Source of the DNA: a virus
Virus record (IMG/VR): IMGVR_UViG_3300045988_021200
Coordinates: 1 to 30,750 of that record
Direction: 5' to 3' (one strand)
Length of the DNA stretch: 30,750 bases
This document shows positions 22,790 to 30,750 of this stretch, piece by piece (position 1 is the first letter of the stretch; each line of letters starts with the position of its first letter). A model generated the notes under the pieces. The model did not search any database. It worked only from the letters and a program-made list of their open reading frames with translations, and had not been told where the DNA came from. The translations under genes were made by a program, and so were the position numbers.

Positions 22790-25371
22790 GCAGTAGCGAC
22801 TATATTGTAACCGCCGTCCTAATGGCAAAGGATAGAAATTTTCAAAGCACTTTCGAAGCGGCAAACAAGACAACGCAAACTCTCGGGGGCAAGATTAAAA
22901 GCGGTCTCGGATTCGGAGCGTTAGCCGGAATCGGCGCAAAGGCGGTTGGCGTTGTTGGTGGAGGGCTTAAAAGTCTTGTGTCAGAGCTGGATAATACCAA
23001 CAGTGCGTGGACGTCTTTTGCATCTAACATGAGAATGTCCAATATGGGCGACACGAAAATCAAGGAAACACAAAAGGACTTACAGGATTACGCAAAAAAG
23101 ACCGTTTACACATCAAAAGATATGGCGGCGACATACGCACAGCTCTATGCAGTTAACAGAAAAACATCACCGAGCCTTGTTAAAGGTTTCGGAAACGTTG
23201 CGGCGGCGGCACAGAACCCGGCGCAGGCAATGAAAACCTTGTCAATGCAGGCGACTCAGATGGCGGCTAAACCTAAAGTTCAATGGGAAGATTTCAAACT
23301 GATTCTCGAACAAACACCAGCCGGAATGTCAAAGGTTGCGAAAGCAATGGGTATGACCACCACAGAGCTTGTCAAAAATGTACAAGACGGCAAAGTTAAG
23401 ACAGAAGACTTCTTCAAGGCGATGGAAAAGTTGTCGGAGGATAGCGACCTATCTAAGATGGCAGAAAGCTATAAGACAATAGGGCAAGCGGCAGACGGCT
23501 TGACGGCTACACTATCAACCGGGTTGGCTCCGGCGTGGCAGGTAGTTTCCGATGTTGCAATTGGCGGAATAACCAAAATGATGGGAGTTGTTGGCAAAGG
23601 AATAAACGGACTGGCGAAAATCTTCAAAGGGACAGGAAAACAGCTTGAAAAAACAGCAAATTCCTTTGAACGGTTCGCCGGTACCCTTAGCCGGAACAAA
23701 GGCGTGATGGATGTGCTTAAATTGACGGCTAAAGCCACGTCAGCGGCTCTTAACGCCCTTCTTAAGGTCATTGAGAAGGTGTCCAACGGTCTAAACAAGA
23801 TGATTAAGATAGAGCCTAGACTTCCGGAGCTTGCTATGGGATTCGGCGCAATAAGCGCCATCATGAAAAAGACAACCGGAAAGGGGCTTTTAAGGTCCAT
23901 GGGTGAGCCACTTGTTAAGAAGCTGACCACAACGGTTAAAGGGTTGAACATCTTCAAGCGGAGCGCCAAAAAAGCCACTGAGGAAGTGGGCGAAACACTG
24001 GCAGAAGGTGCAGCCGGAATGTCCAATGCAGGAAAGGCGGCATCCTCGACAGGTGAGACGGTCGCAAAGACCGGAAACAAGCTTATGCAGGCTGCAACAA
24101 CTTTCCTTGTATTCGGTGCTGCAATCCTTGTAGTAGCCGCTGGTTTTTGGGTACTCGCACAGGCGGCAACGACGGTAGCAAACGGAGGACCGGCATCAAT
24201 CGCCGTGTTCGTTGGCATGACAGCAGCCATTGCAGCCTTAGCGTTTGTTTTCTCCACACTCGGAGAAGGTTTAAACCTTGCTATTCCGGGAATGGTCGCT
24301 TTTGGAGCAACAATAGCACTTGTCGGAATCGGCGTAGCACTTATCGGTGCCGGCGTATACCTATTATGTGCCGGAATCGTAAAGCTGGCGGGCGCACTTC
24401 CGGCGATTGCATCAACGGGAGTTGCGGCGGCTGGAGGATTGCTTGCTTTAGCCGGCGGATTGCTCGCAGTTGTGGCAGTTGCGGCGGTTGCTGGTGCCGT
24501 GCTAGTGGTTCTCGGGTCCGTTGCGGGCGTTGCGGGTGCCGGAATCCTTGTTTTATTGGCGGCTGGAGTTGCCGTAGCGGCTGTTATGCTCATGTTTGCG
24601 GCGGCTTTGAAGCTTGTCAAAACGCAGGTATCGGGCATCGCCTCACAGTCAAAAAAAGCGGCATCCAGTTTGAAACAGATGGTTACAAGTGTGAGTGTCG
24701 TTAAGTCCGGATTAGGCGCACTTAAGAGCCTTGCATCTGGCGCAATGTCCGCCTTAAAGAGTGCTTTCAGTTCGGGAGCATCCGGGGCAAAATCGGCGGC
24801 GGCTTCCATCGGTAAGAATTTCCGTTCTGGCATATCAAGCGGAATGAGAGGCGGAGTAAGCGCCGCAAGAAGCGGAATGCACGCAATCAATAGCGCAATG
24901 TCGGGAGAAGCCGGGAAGGCTCATACCGTAGGCGTTAACATCGGCAGGGGATTGGCTAATGGTATTCGTGCCGAAATTCCGGCAATCAGAGCGGCGGCGG
25001 CAGCAGCTTCAAGCGCTGCAACCGTGAAAATGCGGAAGACGACGAAGGAACATTCGCCTTCAAGAATAACCCATAAGATTGGTGCATTCCTATCAATGGG
25101 TTTAGTTAACGGTATGGAATCCAAGAAGCGTGACATTAGCCGAATGGCTGCAAAGCTGGCGAACATGGCTACACTGAGTCCTAGCAGAATGGCATTTGCC
25201 GGAGATTATAGCTTGAATGATACATGGGACTATACAAGTACCGCCAACTACGAAATCACGGTAGTGTCCGAGCTTGACGGAAAGGTGGTGTCAAAGCAAC
25301 TTGCGCCTACTATGCAGCAGGAACAGAACCGATTGACCACCAGAGCAAACAGAAGGAGAGGTATCAGATAG
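22786..25371 (+). CDS. Tail tape measure protein
   Basis: 861 aa, with a helical N-terminal part and an extended Ala/Gly/Val-rich multi-TM central region. It follows the chaperones. Confidence 0.9.
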   Translation: MSSSDYIVTAVLMAKDRNFQSTFEAANKTTQTLGGKIKSGLGFGALAGIGAKAVGVVGGGLKSLVSELDNTNSAWTSFASNMRMSNMGDTKIKETQKDLQDYAKKTVYTSKDMAATYAQLYAVNRKTSPSLVKGFGNVAAAAQNPAQAMKTLSMQATQMAAKPKVQWEDFKLILEQTPAGMSKVAKAMGMTTTELVKNVQDGKVKTEDFFKAMEKLSEDSDLSKMAESYKTIGQAADGLTATLSTGLAPAWQVVSDVAIGGITKMMGVVGKGINGLAKIFKGTGKQLEKTANSFERFAGTLSRNKGVMDVLKLTAKATSAALNALLKVIEKVSNGLNKMIKIEPRLPELAMGFGAISAIMKKTTGKGLLRSMGEPLVKKLTTTVKGLNIFKRSAKKATEEVGETLAEGAAGMSNAGKAASSTGETVAKTGNKLMQAATTFLVFGAAILVVAAGFWVLAQAATTVANGGPASIAVFVGMTAAIAALAFVFSTLGEGLNLAIPGMVAFGATIALVGIGVALIGAGVYLLCAGIVKLAGALPAIASTGVAAAGGLLALAGGLLAVVAVAAVAGAVLVVLGSVAGVAGAGILVLLAAGVAVAAVMLMFAAALKLVKTQVSGIASQSKKAASSLKQMVTSVSVVKSGLGALKSLASGAMSALKSAFSSGASGAKSAAASIGKNFRSGISSGMRGGVSAARSGMHAINSAMSGEAGKAHTVGVNIGRGLANGIRAEIPAIRAAAAAASSAATVKMRKTTKEHSPSRITHKIGAFLSMGLVNGMESKKRDISRMAAKLANMATLSPSRMAFAGDYSLNDTWDYTSTANYEITVVSELDGKVVSKQLAPTMQQEQNRLTTRANRRRGIR

Positions 25372-27827
25372 TGTACGTATTCCGAGACACAACGGAGGTA
25401 GGGACTTTATTGTCTCTACCTTCCGAGGCGGTAATGATTAACGGCGAATACATCGAAGATGAGAATTCATCGCTGTATATCGAAGGTTACCGCACATTGT
25501 ATACAAAAGGCAGGGAGAGCCTTAAAAAGGACCTTAAAACAGAAGAAATCGGAAGCCGGAACGGAACGAAAATCAAAACGACACGATACCCGGAGAGAGA
25601 AATTATTGTCGGGTTTCAACTTGTCGCAGAAGATAACGAATCGTTCCGGAGCGCCTTCAACAAGCTGAATGGGATTCTCGATAGAGAAGAGAGTCAGTTC
25701 ATCTTTCATGATGAAGAGGATATGTTCTTTGTTGGAACGCCGTATTTTGAGGGCGATATCGAGGAAGGACGGAACGCCGTAAAGGGAGAGTGGACAATCT
25801 ACTGTCAGGACCCGTTCAAGTATTCGGTTGATGAATATGAAGCGGAATCATTTACGGATATAGACGGAAATACAACCATGATGGTTGAATACGGCGGAAC
25901 GGTCCCGGCGCATCCGACATTCAAAGCAAGTTTTTACACAACAAAGCCGGAAGTTGACGAAACCAACGCCGATGATACCAGCTACCAAGGAAACGAAGAC
26001 GAAAAGCTGGGCGAACTGGGTAATTGCGGATACGTTGCGTTTTTTGATAGCAATGAGCACATTTTGCAGTTTGGCGACCCGGATATTTCCATCGAGAAGC
26101 CGGCAGAAGTGCAGCCTATCAGGGTGTCGCAGGAGTTCACGCAAGCGGGCAACTTTGGAAGCGCTATTCAGCAGCTGTGGAAGCCGAATCAGAGCGGCAC
26201 AGGGTATTCCGGCGCACCTATCGAGGGCGGTTTTTATGAAGCATATGGCGCCAATTCCACGCCTTCCGGAACTACCAGCGGGGCGATTATCGGCTATAAG
26301 TGGGATGCCAAAAAGAAAACATGGGTTTCAAGTCCGGTGTCTGACAGTTCAGGAAGTGCACCGAGCGTTAAATACAAGATGTACTACAAAGCGACCGGAA
26401 GAACAGCTAGTTCGGTAAAGCTCACGGTGGATATTACCGCCGTCGTTGGTTCGGTCAGCGGAAAGGTAAAAAAGAACTGGAAGAAAGCAAAGCTGCAAGC
26501 GGTTCTTACGGTGGCGGGCAAGAGCTACACAAAAACAATCAAGGCTGGCGGCAAATCGTGGGGCAAAGGCTCGCACAAGGTGCCGTACACGTTCACGGTG
26601 TCGGACATTCAAGCCGGGACCATTGACCTATCCTGCAAGGTGGAGGTGAAGGAATCCGGAGCGAAAGGGTCAGCCGGAAAGCTGAGTTCTCGGAGCGGAA
26701 ACACAATCACAATCCCGACTTATACCGACAAAACACCGACCAACTACTTCTTGAAATCAAGCTATGGAAGCGTAACACAAAGCGGATGGCACGGGGCAAC
26801 AATCACAAGGGAGTTGCCGCCGGATGAGAACGGAACCAGCGGCGCAGAATTCTACAGCATTGATGCATCGGTCAAGTTTTCCATCGGGTCTAGTGCCAAC
26901 GATGTTACACAATGCGGAATGCTTGAAGTTATGGCGCTGAATAAAAGCAATGACATAGTAGCCGGTATCCGAGCGTATAAGTCAAGTCGGGGCAAGAATG
27001 CGACTATTCAGTATGTATGGCAGAATGAAGTTGTCGACAAGACGACCACCTTCAACGCAGATAACAAGAATAGCAACCTTACAGTTAAGATTGAGGGCGG
27101 ATGGTACATGATATCCTACAAATTCGGGAGCGCCACGAGCGAATTTTACCCGTTCCCGGCAATTTACAATTTCGAGGACACCAACGTCACAAAGGTTGTA
27201 ATTGCCGCTTACCAGTGGAAGGCACAACCGCCGATGGATTGGCTAGGCGTTAGAAATCTATCGTTTTATGGTCGACCAAAGACTAGCGAAAATTCGACAG
27301 AAATTCCATTTCAAAACGGAGATATCTTGACGGCAGACGGAAAGACCGCCACTGTAACCATGGTGAGGCACGGAAGCGACGAAGGCGTAAAGCGCCCGGA
27401 CCTTGGAGCGCTGGGGAACGACTGGGAAACGCTAGTTTTAACGCCCGGAACGAATTCAGTTCACACGTCCTATTCGGCGTGGGCGGGGCAGCAGCCATAC
27501 ATTAGGCGGTGCCGGTCCGATGAAGCTTACGGCAGGGATTATTACCAACAGCTTGATTCAGACACTCCATACGATAGCGGGATTGAATATTACAATTCGG
27601 CGAAAGAGCGGGTATATCCGACTGAGGAAGAGTATAACGCAAACCCGACAAGCTATTATCAGTTCAGCGATGCGGGCACGAATCCGACCGTCTACTGCAA
27701 TTCAAGCGGCACGGTGTACAGCACGCAGCCTACATACGAACAGTGGGCGGCGAATCCGTCGGAGTATTACGTGAGCGAATCAACAGCGCCAAAGTTCTCA
27801 ATGACCTATAGAGAGGTATTCATATGA
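25371..27827 (+). CDS. Distal tail protein (Dit), enlarged form
   Basis: It comes directly after the tape measure gene. Siphovirus tail-component-like N-terminus. At 818 aa it is far longer than a minimal Dit, implying inserted or C-terminal accessory domains. Confidence 0.6.
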   Translation: MYVFRDTTEVGTLLSLPSEAVMINGEYIEDENSSLYIEGYRTLYTKGRESLKKDLKTEEIGSRNGTKIKTTRYPEREIIVGFQLVAEDNESFRSAFNKLNGILDREESQFIFHDEEDMFFVGTPYFEGDIEEGRNAVKGEWTIYCQDPFKYSVDEYEAESFTDIDGNTTMMVEYGGTVPAHPTFKASFYTTKPEVDETNADDTSYQGNEDEKLGELGNCGYVAFFDSNEHILQFGDPDISIEKPAEVQPIRVSQEFTQAGNFGSAIQQLWKPNQSGTGYSGAPIEGGFYEAYGANSTPSGTTSGAIIGYKWDAKKKTWVSSPVSDSSGSAPSVKYKMYYKATGRTASSVKLTVDITAVVGSVSGKVKKNWKKAKLQAVLTVAGKSYTKTIKAGGKSWGKGSHKVPYTFTVSDIQAGTIDLSCKVEVKESGAKGSAGKLSSRSGNTITIPTYTDKTPTNYFLKSSYGSVTQSGWHGATITRELPPDENGTSGAEFYSIDASVKFSIGSSANDVTQCGMLEVMALNKSNDIVAGIRAYKSSRGKNATIQYVWQNEVVDKTTTFNADNKNSNLTVKIEGGWYMISYKFGSATSEFYPFPAIYNFEDTNVTKVVIAAYQWKAQPPMDWLGVRNLSFYGRPKTSENSTEIPFQNGDILTADGKTATVTMVRHGSDEGVKRPDLGALGNDWETLVLTPGTNSVHTSYSAWAGQQPYIRRCRSDEAYGRDYYQQLDSDTPYDSGIEYYNSAKERVYPTEEEYNANPTSYYQFSDAGTNPTVYCNSSGTVYSTQPTYEQWAANPSEYYVSESTAPKFSMTYREVFI

Positions 27828-30610
27828 TTTTATATTTTGCAGATAAAAACTTTAAAATTCTCGGAACAGCTTCAACCAGTTTGTCGGGCGGCTATGTTAT
27901 CACCGACGACACGAAAAAGGAAGAAGTGGAAACAGGAATTGCAACGCTCGATTGCACAGTCGCCTATACCGACGATACAAGGTCAGACATTGAAGGTTGG
28001 TGCAGGGCGGGGAACTACGTATTAGCCTACTACGGCAAAGAAACTGCAGCCGATATGGATATTGTGAATCTCTTCATGATTACAACCACGGAGCTGTCCG
28101 TATTGGACCACACAATCAAATTTGAATCGGAGGATTCCGGGCTAGACCTGCTGAACAATCTTGCTAAGGAGTACACCGGAACGGAACAGATGAGTGCAGC
28201 GGATTACATCAATAAATTTCTTGAAAAAACAGGTTTTCGGCTCAGAAACAACAACGTTTCGAAGAATCCGAAAAAGCTTGAATGGACTAGCACCGATACG
28301 GTAACAAAGAGGCTTGCGGATATTGCGGAGAAGTTCGATGCAGAGCTTACATATGGATTCAGCGTTAAAGGCTTGACCGTGTCGGATAGGTGGGTTGATA
28401 TCGCAGATGAAACAGGGAGAGACACAAAAATCAATCTGTACATCAACAAAGAGGTGAACAATATCACCGTAAAGAATACCATCGAGAACCTAGCGACAGC
28501 GCTTTATGCAACCGGAAAGGACAACTTAACGCTTATCGGCTTCACAATTCCGGAGGCAGATAAAGACAAGTATCAGATTGACCCGGACGGAAACCTTGTA
28601 TCCCTCGAAGCGCTGACAAAATGGGCAAGAGTGGACTATTCGAGCAAAGATTCTTTCAGTGGTAATTTGTATCAGAAATTCGAATCCTCGGACACGGCTT
28701 CACAGGCTGACCTTTACAAGCTGGCAAAAGAAAAGCTGGATTCCATTTCGGATATTGAAACAAATTATGAAATTGACATTGCGGACCTGCCGCCGGGGGT
28801 AGGGATTGGTGACCGTGTAAACATTGTGGACGATGCCGGGAACACTTACATTTCCGGAAGAATCCTTGAGCTTGAAACATCTGTCACCGACGGAACGAAG
28901 AAGGCTACACTTGGTGAGTATGTAATCAAGGATAGCGGCATTTCGGAGTTGGTGGAAAGCCTAGCAAGCAGTTTTGCGAATTTGTCAAAAGTCCGGGAGC
29001 TGTACACATGGATTGCTTACGCCGATACCATCGACGGTGACGGATTCTCATTTTCCCCGGAAGGGAAAGAGTACCTTGGTACTGCAGTAAATCAGCTGAC
29101 GGAGGAAGCAGGAACGGACCCGGCAGTGTATAAGTGGGTCAAAACAAAAGGCGAACAGGGAGAGAAGGGACCAACCGGAGCGCCGGGCGAAAAAGGAGAC
29201 CCCGGAGAAGATGGATACAGCCCAACGGTAGACCTTAGCACTGGAACTTCCGGAAGTACTGTTTTAACCGTAACCAATAAAACCGGACCGTCAAGCACGG
29301 AGCTTAAGGACCAAACAGCACGGAACGATGCTAGCGATGCACGGAATTATGCAGATAACTATATCAACACGGATGATACCGGAACGATGGTATCACCGGA
29401 AGCCGTAAAACCAATAGCAGCCACGAAAAACAACGTTCTACTCACCGATAAGGATGTACAGATTCGAGACGGTCAAAAAGTGCTTGCCTCTTACGGGGAG
29501 ACCATTGACATTGGCGGGGAAAGCGAACAGCATGTAACAATCGCAAAAGACAAAATGGCGGTAAACGCCGGACCAGAAAGCTTATTCAGCGTTGACAGCT
29601 TCAAAAGCGGCACGGAAATAATCAGCACTTGGATTAATACAGATAAGCTTACGCCGACCGAAGATATCTACCCGGAAATATCAGACAGCATCGCTTTTTC
29701 GGTAGAAGATATAAATAGAACGATAGACCTAGACGGAAGCTATAGCTATTCGTATAATTACAGCTTCTATAATAAAGGAGCTAAGCGAGTATGGTTTGAG
29801 CTTGAAGGCGGAGGAACCATAACAATCAATGAGGCTGTTGGTGGTAATAGCCTCCATTACGAAGAATTTAGCAATAGCGGTAATGAGTACTATAACGGCT
29901 TCGAACTTGCTACAAGCGAAAAAATTACGAGAAAGGATATCATAGCGCTACGAGCCGCATACGATATAGAATTTAATCCGGCTATCGTGGACATTGGACA
30001 ATATCGAACAAAAGACGTAATCAACTATATGGGAATGAATCTATACGATTTCAAAGCGCTGAAAATTGGCTCAGGAATTGCATCCGAAAACAATAGGAGA
30101 GATGCATTTACAGTTGACTTTCTTGGAAATGGCTATTTCGGGAACACGCTGAATGTTGAGCAAGATATCCGTGCTATGTATGTAGGCACAGCGCAAGTTG
30201 ATGCTAATAAGATAGCAGCCGAAAACATATCAGCCGAAAACATATCAGCGAACAATATTACGATGAATATACAACGTGGTACTGGAAAAATAACCCTAAC
30301 AACCGGAGCAGTTGGTTTTCAGCCACGTTGGTATCGGTGCGGAAACATTGTTCAGATGGAAGTTTCGACAAAATGTGCCGGAGAAGTAGCAAGCGGAGCA
30401 AATATCGCCGCCGGAAAGATTAGGGGAGTTCCAAAGCCTATAACAGAATCGGGTGTTCGTGCCGTGTCGTATTACGGTAACAATGCCAATATATCCTATA
30501 TGGGTTCAGACGGTACGTTTTACGCCCGTAACGCTGGGTCGGATGCGCTTAAAAAGAACAATGACTGCATTGGCGGATTTACGTACATTACCGACGGAAC
30601 CATGCTATAG
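27824..30610 (+). CDS. Tail-associated (Tal-like) minor structural protein / tail fibre with collagen-like hinge
   Basis: The N-terminus MILYFADKNFKILGTAS...GIATLDCTV is typical of the N-terminal region of siphovirus minor structural (prophage tail) proteins. It has Gly-X-Y repeats and a distal AT-rich module. Confidence 0.75.
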   Translation: MILYFADKNFKILGTASTSLSGGYVITDDTKKEEVETGIATLDCTVAYTDDTRSDIEGWCRAGNYVLAYYGKETAADMDIVNLFMITTTELSVLDHTIKFESEDSGLDLLNNLAKEYTGTEQMSAADYINKFLEKTGFRLRNNNVSKNPKKLEWTSTDTVTKRLADIAEKFDAELTYGFSVKGLTVSDRWVDIADETGRDTKINLYINKEVNNITVKNTIENLATALYATGKDNLTLIGFTIPEADKDKYQIDPDGNLVSLEALTKWARVDYSSKDSFSGNLYQKFESSDTASQADLYKLAKEKLDSISDIETNYEIDIADLPPGVGIGDRVNIVDDAGNTYISGRILELETSVTDGTKKATLGEYVIKDSGISELVESLASSFANLSKVRELYTWIAYADTIDGDGFSFSPEGKEYLGTAVNQLTEEAGTDPAVYKWVKTKGEQGEKGPTGAPGEKGDPGEDGYSPTVDLSTGTSGSTVLTVTNKTGPSSTELKDQTARNDASDARNYADNYINTDDTGTMVSPEAVKPIAATKNNVLLTDKDVQIRDGQKVLASYGETIDIGGESEQHVTIAKDKMAVNAGPESLFSVDSFKSGTEIISTWINTDKLTPTEDIYPEISDSIAFSVEDINRTIDLDGSYSYSYNYSFYNKGAKRVWFELEGGGTITINEAVGGNSLHYEEFSNSGNEYYNGFELATSEKITRKDIIALRAAYDIEFNPAIVDIGQYRTKDVINYMGMNLYDFKALKIGSGIASENNRRDAFTVDFLGNGYFGNTLNVEQDIRAMYVGTAQVDANKIAAENISAENISANNITMNIQRGTGKITLTTGAVGFQPRWYRCGNIVQMEVSTKCAGEVASGANIAAGKIRGVPKPITESGVRAVSYYGNNANISYMGSDGTFYARNAGSDALKKNNDCIGGFTYITDGTML
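29150..29215 (+). repeat. Collagen-like Gly-X-Y repeat coding segment
   Basis: It encodes GEQ GEK GPT GAP GEK GDP GED G, seven uninterrupted triplets. Confidence 0.9.
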
Positions 30611-30750
30611 AAAGCCTACTAATAAAAAGTCAAGTACTTTTTGAAGAAATTTGCGAAGAAATTTAAGAATTGAAAATAGGCACAAGAAATAGGCTACCCA
30701 AAACGGCTAGCTTAACGGAGGTGATAATCGTTTGATATTTAAGACTCTTC
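30610..30750. repeat. Right copy of the 141-bp terminal inverted repeat
   Basis: It is the exact reverse complement of 1..141. It begins at the last base of the Tal stop codon (TAG 30608..30610). It contains an outward-facing GGAGG (30717..30721) followed by TTG (30732..30734). Confidence 0.95.

Larger units (their letters stand above)
1..30750 (+). mobile_element. Temperate siphovirus-type phage genome (unintegrated permutation, attP internal)
   Basis: Contiguous lysogeny, recombination/replication, packaging, head and long-tail modules. Integrase lies next to an attP-like tmRNA/tRNA 3' fragment. Nearly all genes are co-oriented with coupled starts. Confidence 0.9.

Noticed and set aside
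24147-24704. A 185-aa + strand ORF in an alternative frame inside the tape measure gene
   Set aside because: Its translation is an Arg/Cys/Gly-rich low-complexity product of the same repetitive GC-rich DNA. It has no start context. It is an overprinting artifact.
23469-24890. A 473-aa minus-strand ORF, the longest antisense ORF in the window
   Set aside because: It mirrors the Ala/Gly/Val-rich, GC-biased central part of the tape measure gene. Its translation is low-complexity (A/P/T/S runs). It has no RBS and lies entirely inside a confidently called + strand gene.
1-30750. Diversity-generating retroelement, retron or other RT-based system, and complete tRNA genes
   Set aside because: No ORF shows reverse-transcriptase motifs (YxDD) and I saw no template/variable repeat pair. 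The only tRNA-like sequence (966..991) is a 3' fragment lacking D and anticodon arms.

Overview
The window reads as one nearly complete ~30.7-kb temperate siphovirus-type (long non-contractile tail) phage genome. The host looks Firmicutes/Clostridia-like, judging by GGAGG Shine-Dalgarno sites, overlapping ATGA/TAATG gene junctions and GC-stem/T-run terminators. It is in the unintegrated gene order, with attP internal rather than split into attL/attR.

Gene order, all on + except int and the repressor:
- 141-bp inverted repeat, then an XRE-type HTH gene.
- attP carrying a tmRNA/tRNA-Ala-like 3' end plus a terminator.
- Tyrosine integrase (-) and CI-like repressor (-), facing a consensus early promoter with Cro-like and Xis-like genes.
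- Recombination and replication block: Rad52/Sak-like annealase, HNH-like Zn protein, NinB-like protein, SSB, and a replisome organizer with iterons embedded in the gene.
- About 20 small early genes, interrupted by a 260-bp iteron-dense noncoding hub.
- ArpU/RinA-like late activator.
- A lipoprotein gene insulated by terminators on both sides.
- A ParB-domain/DNA methyltransferase gene broken by one in-frame TAA.
- TerS, TerL, SPP1-type portal, a MuF/gp7 minor head protein with an extra C-terminal domain, and a small overlapping ORF.
- Scaffold, major capsid, connector and tail-completion genes, major tail protein.
- G/G-T tail chaperones with a -1 frameshift site, tape measure, an 818-aa Dit, and a 928-aa Tal/fibre with a collagen-like hinge.
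- The inverted copy of the 141-bp repeat.

Not seen: holin or endolysin, DNA polymerase, helicase or primase, complete tRNA/rRNA genes, CRISPR arrays, or a reverse transcriptase.

The observations most worth follow-up:
1. The perfect terminal inverted repeat with an outward-facing RBS, together with the missing lysis module.
2. The MuF C-terminal extension and its small overlapping partner ORF, a candidate toxin/immunity or injected-effector pair.
3. The multi-family iteron hub at 8.9-9.16 kb.
4. The insulated lipoprotein moron.
5. The in-frame stop in the ParB-methyltransferase.

All calls come from reading the sequence and from recalled family motifs. No database search was run.
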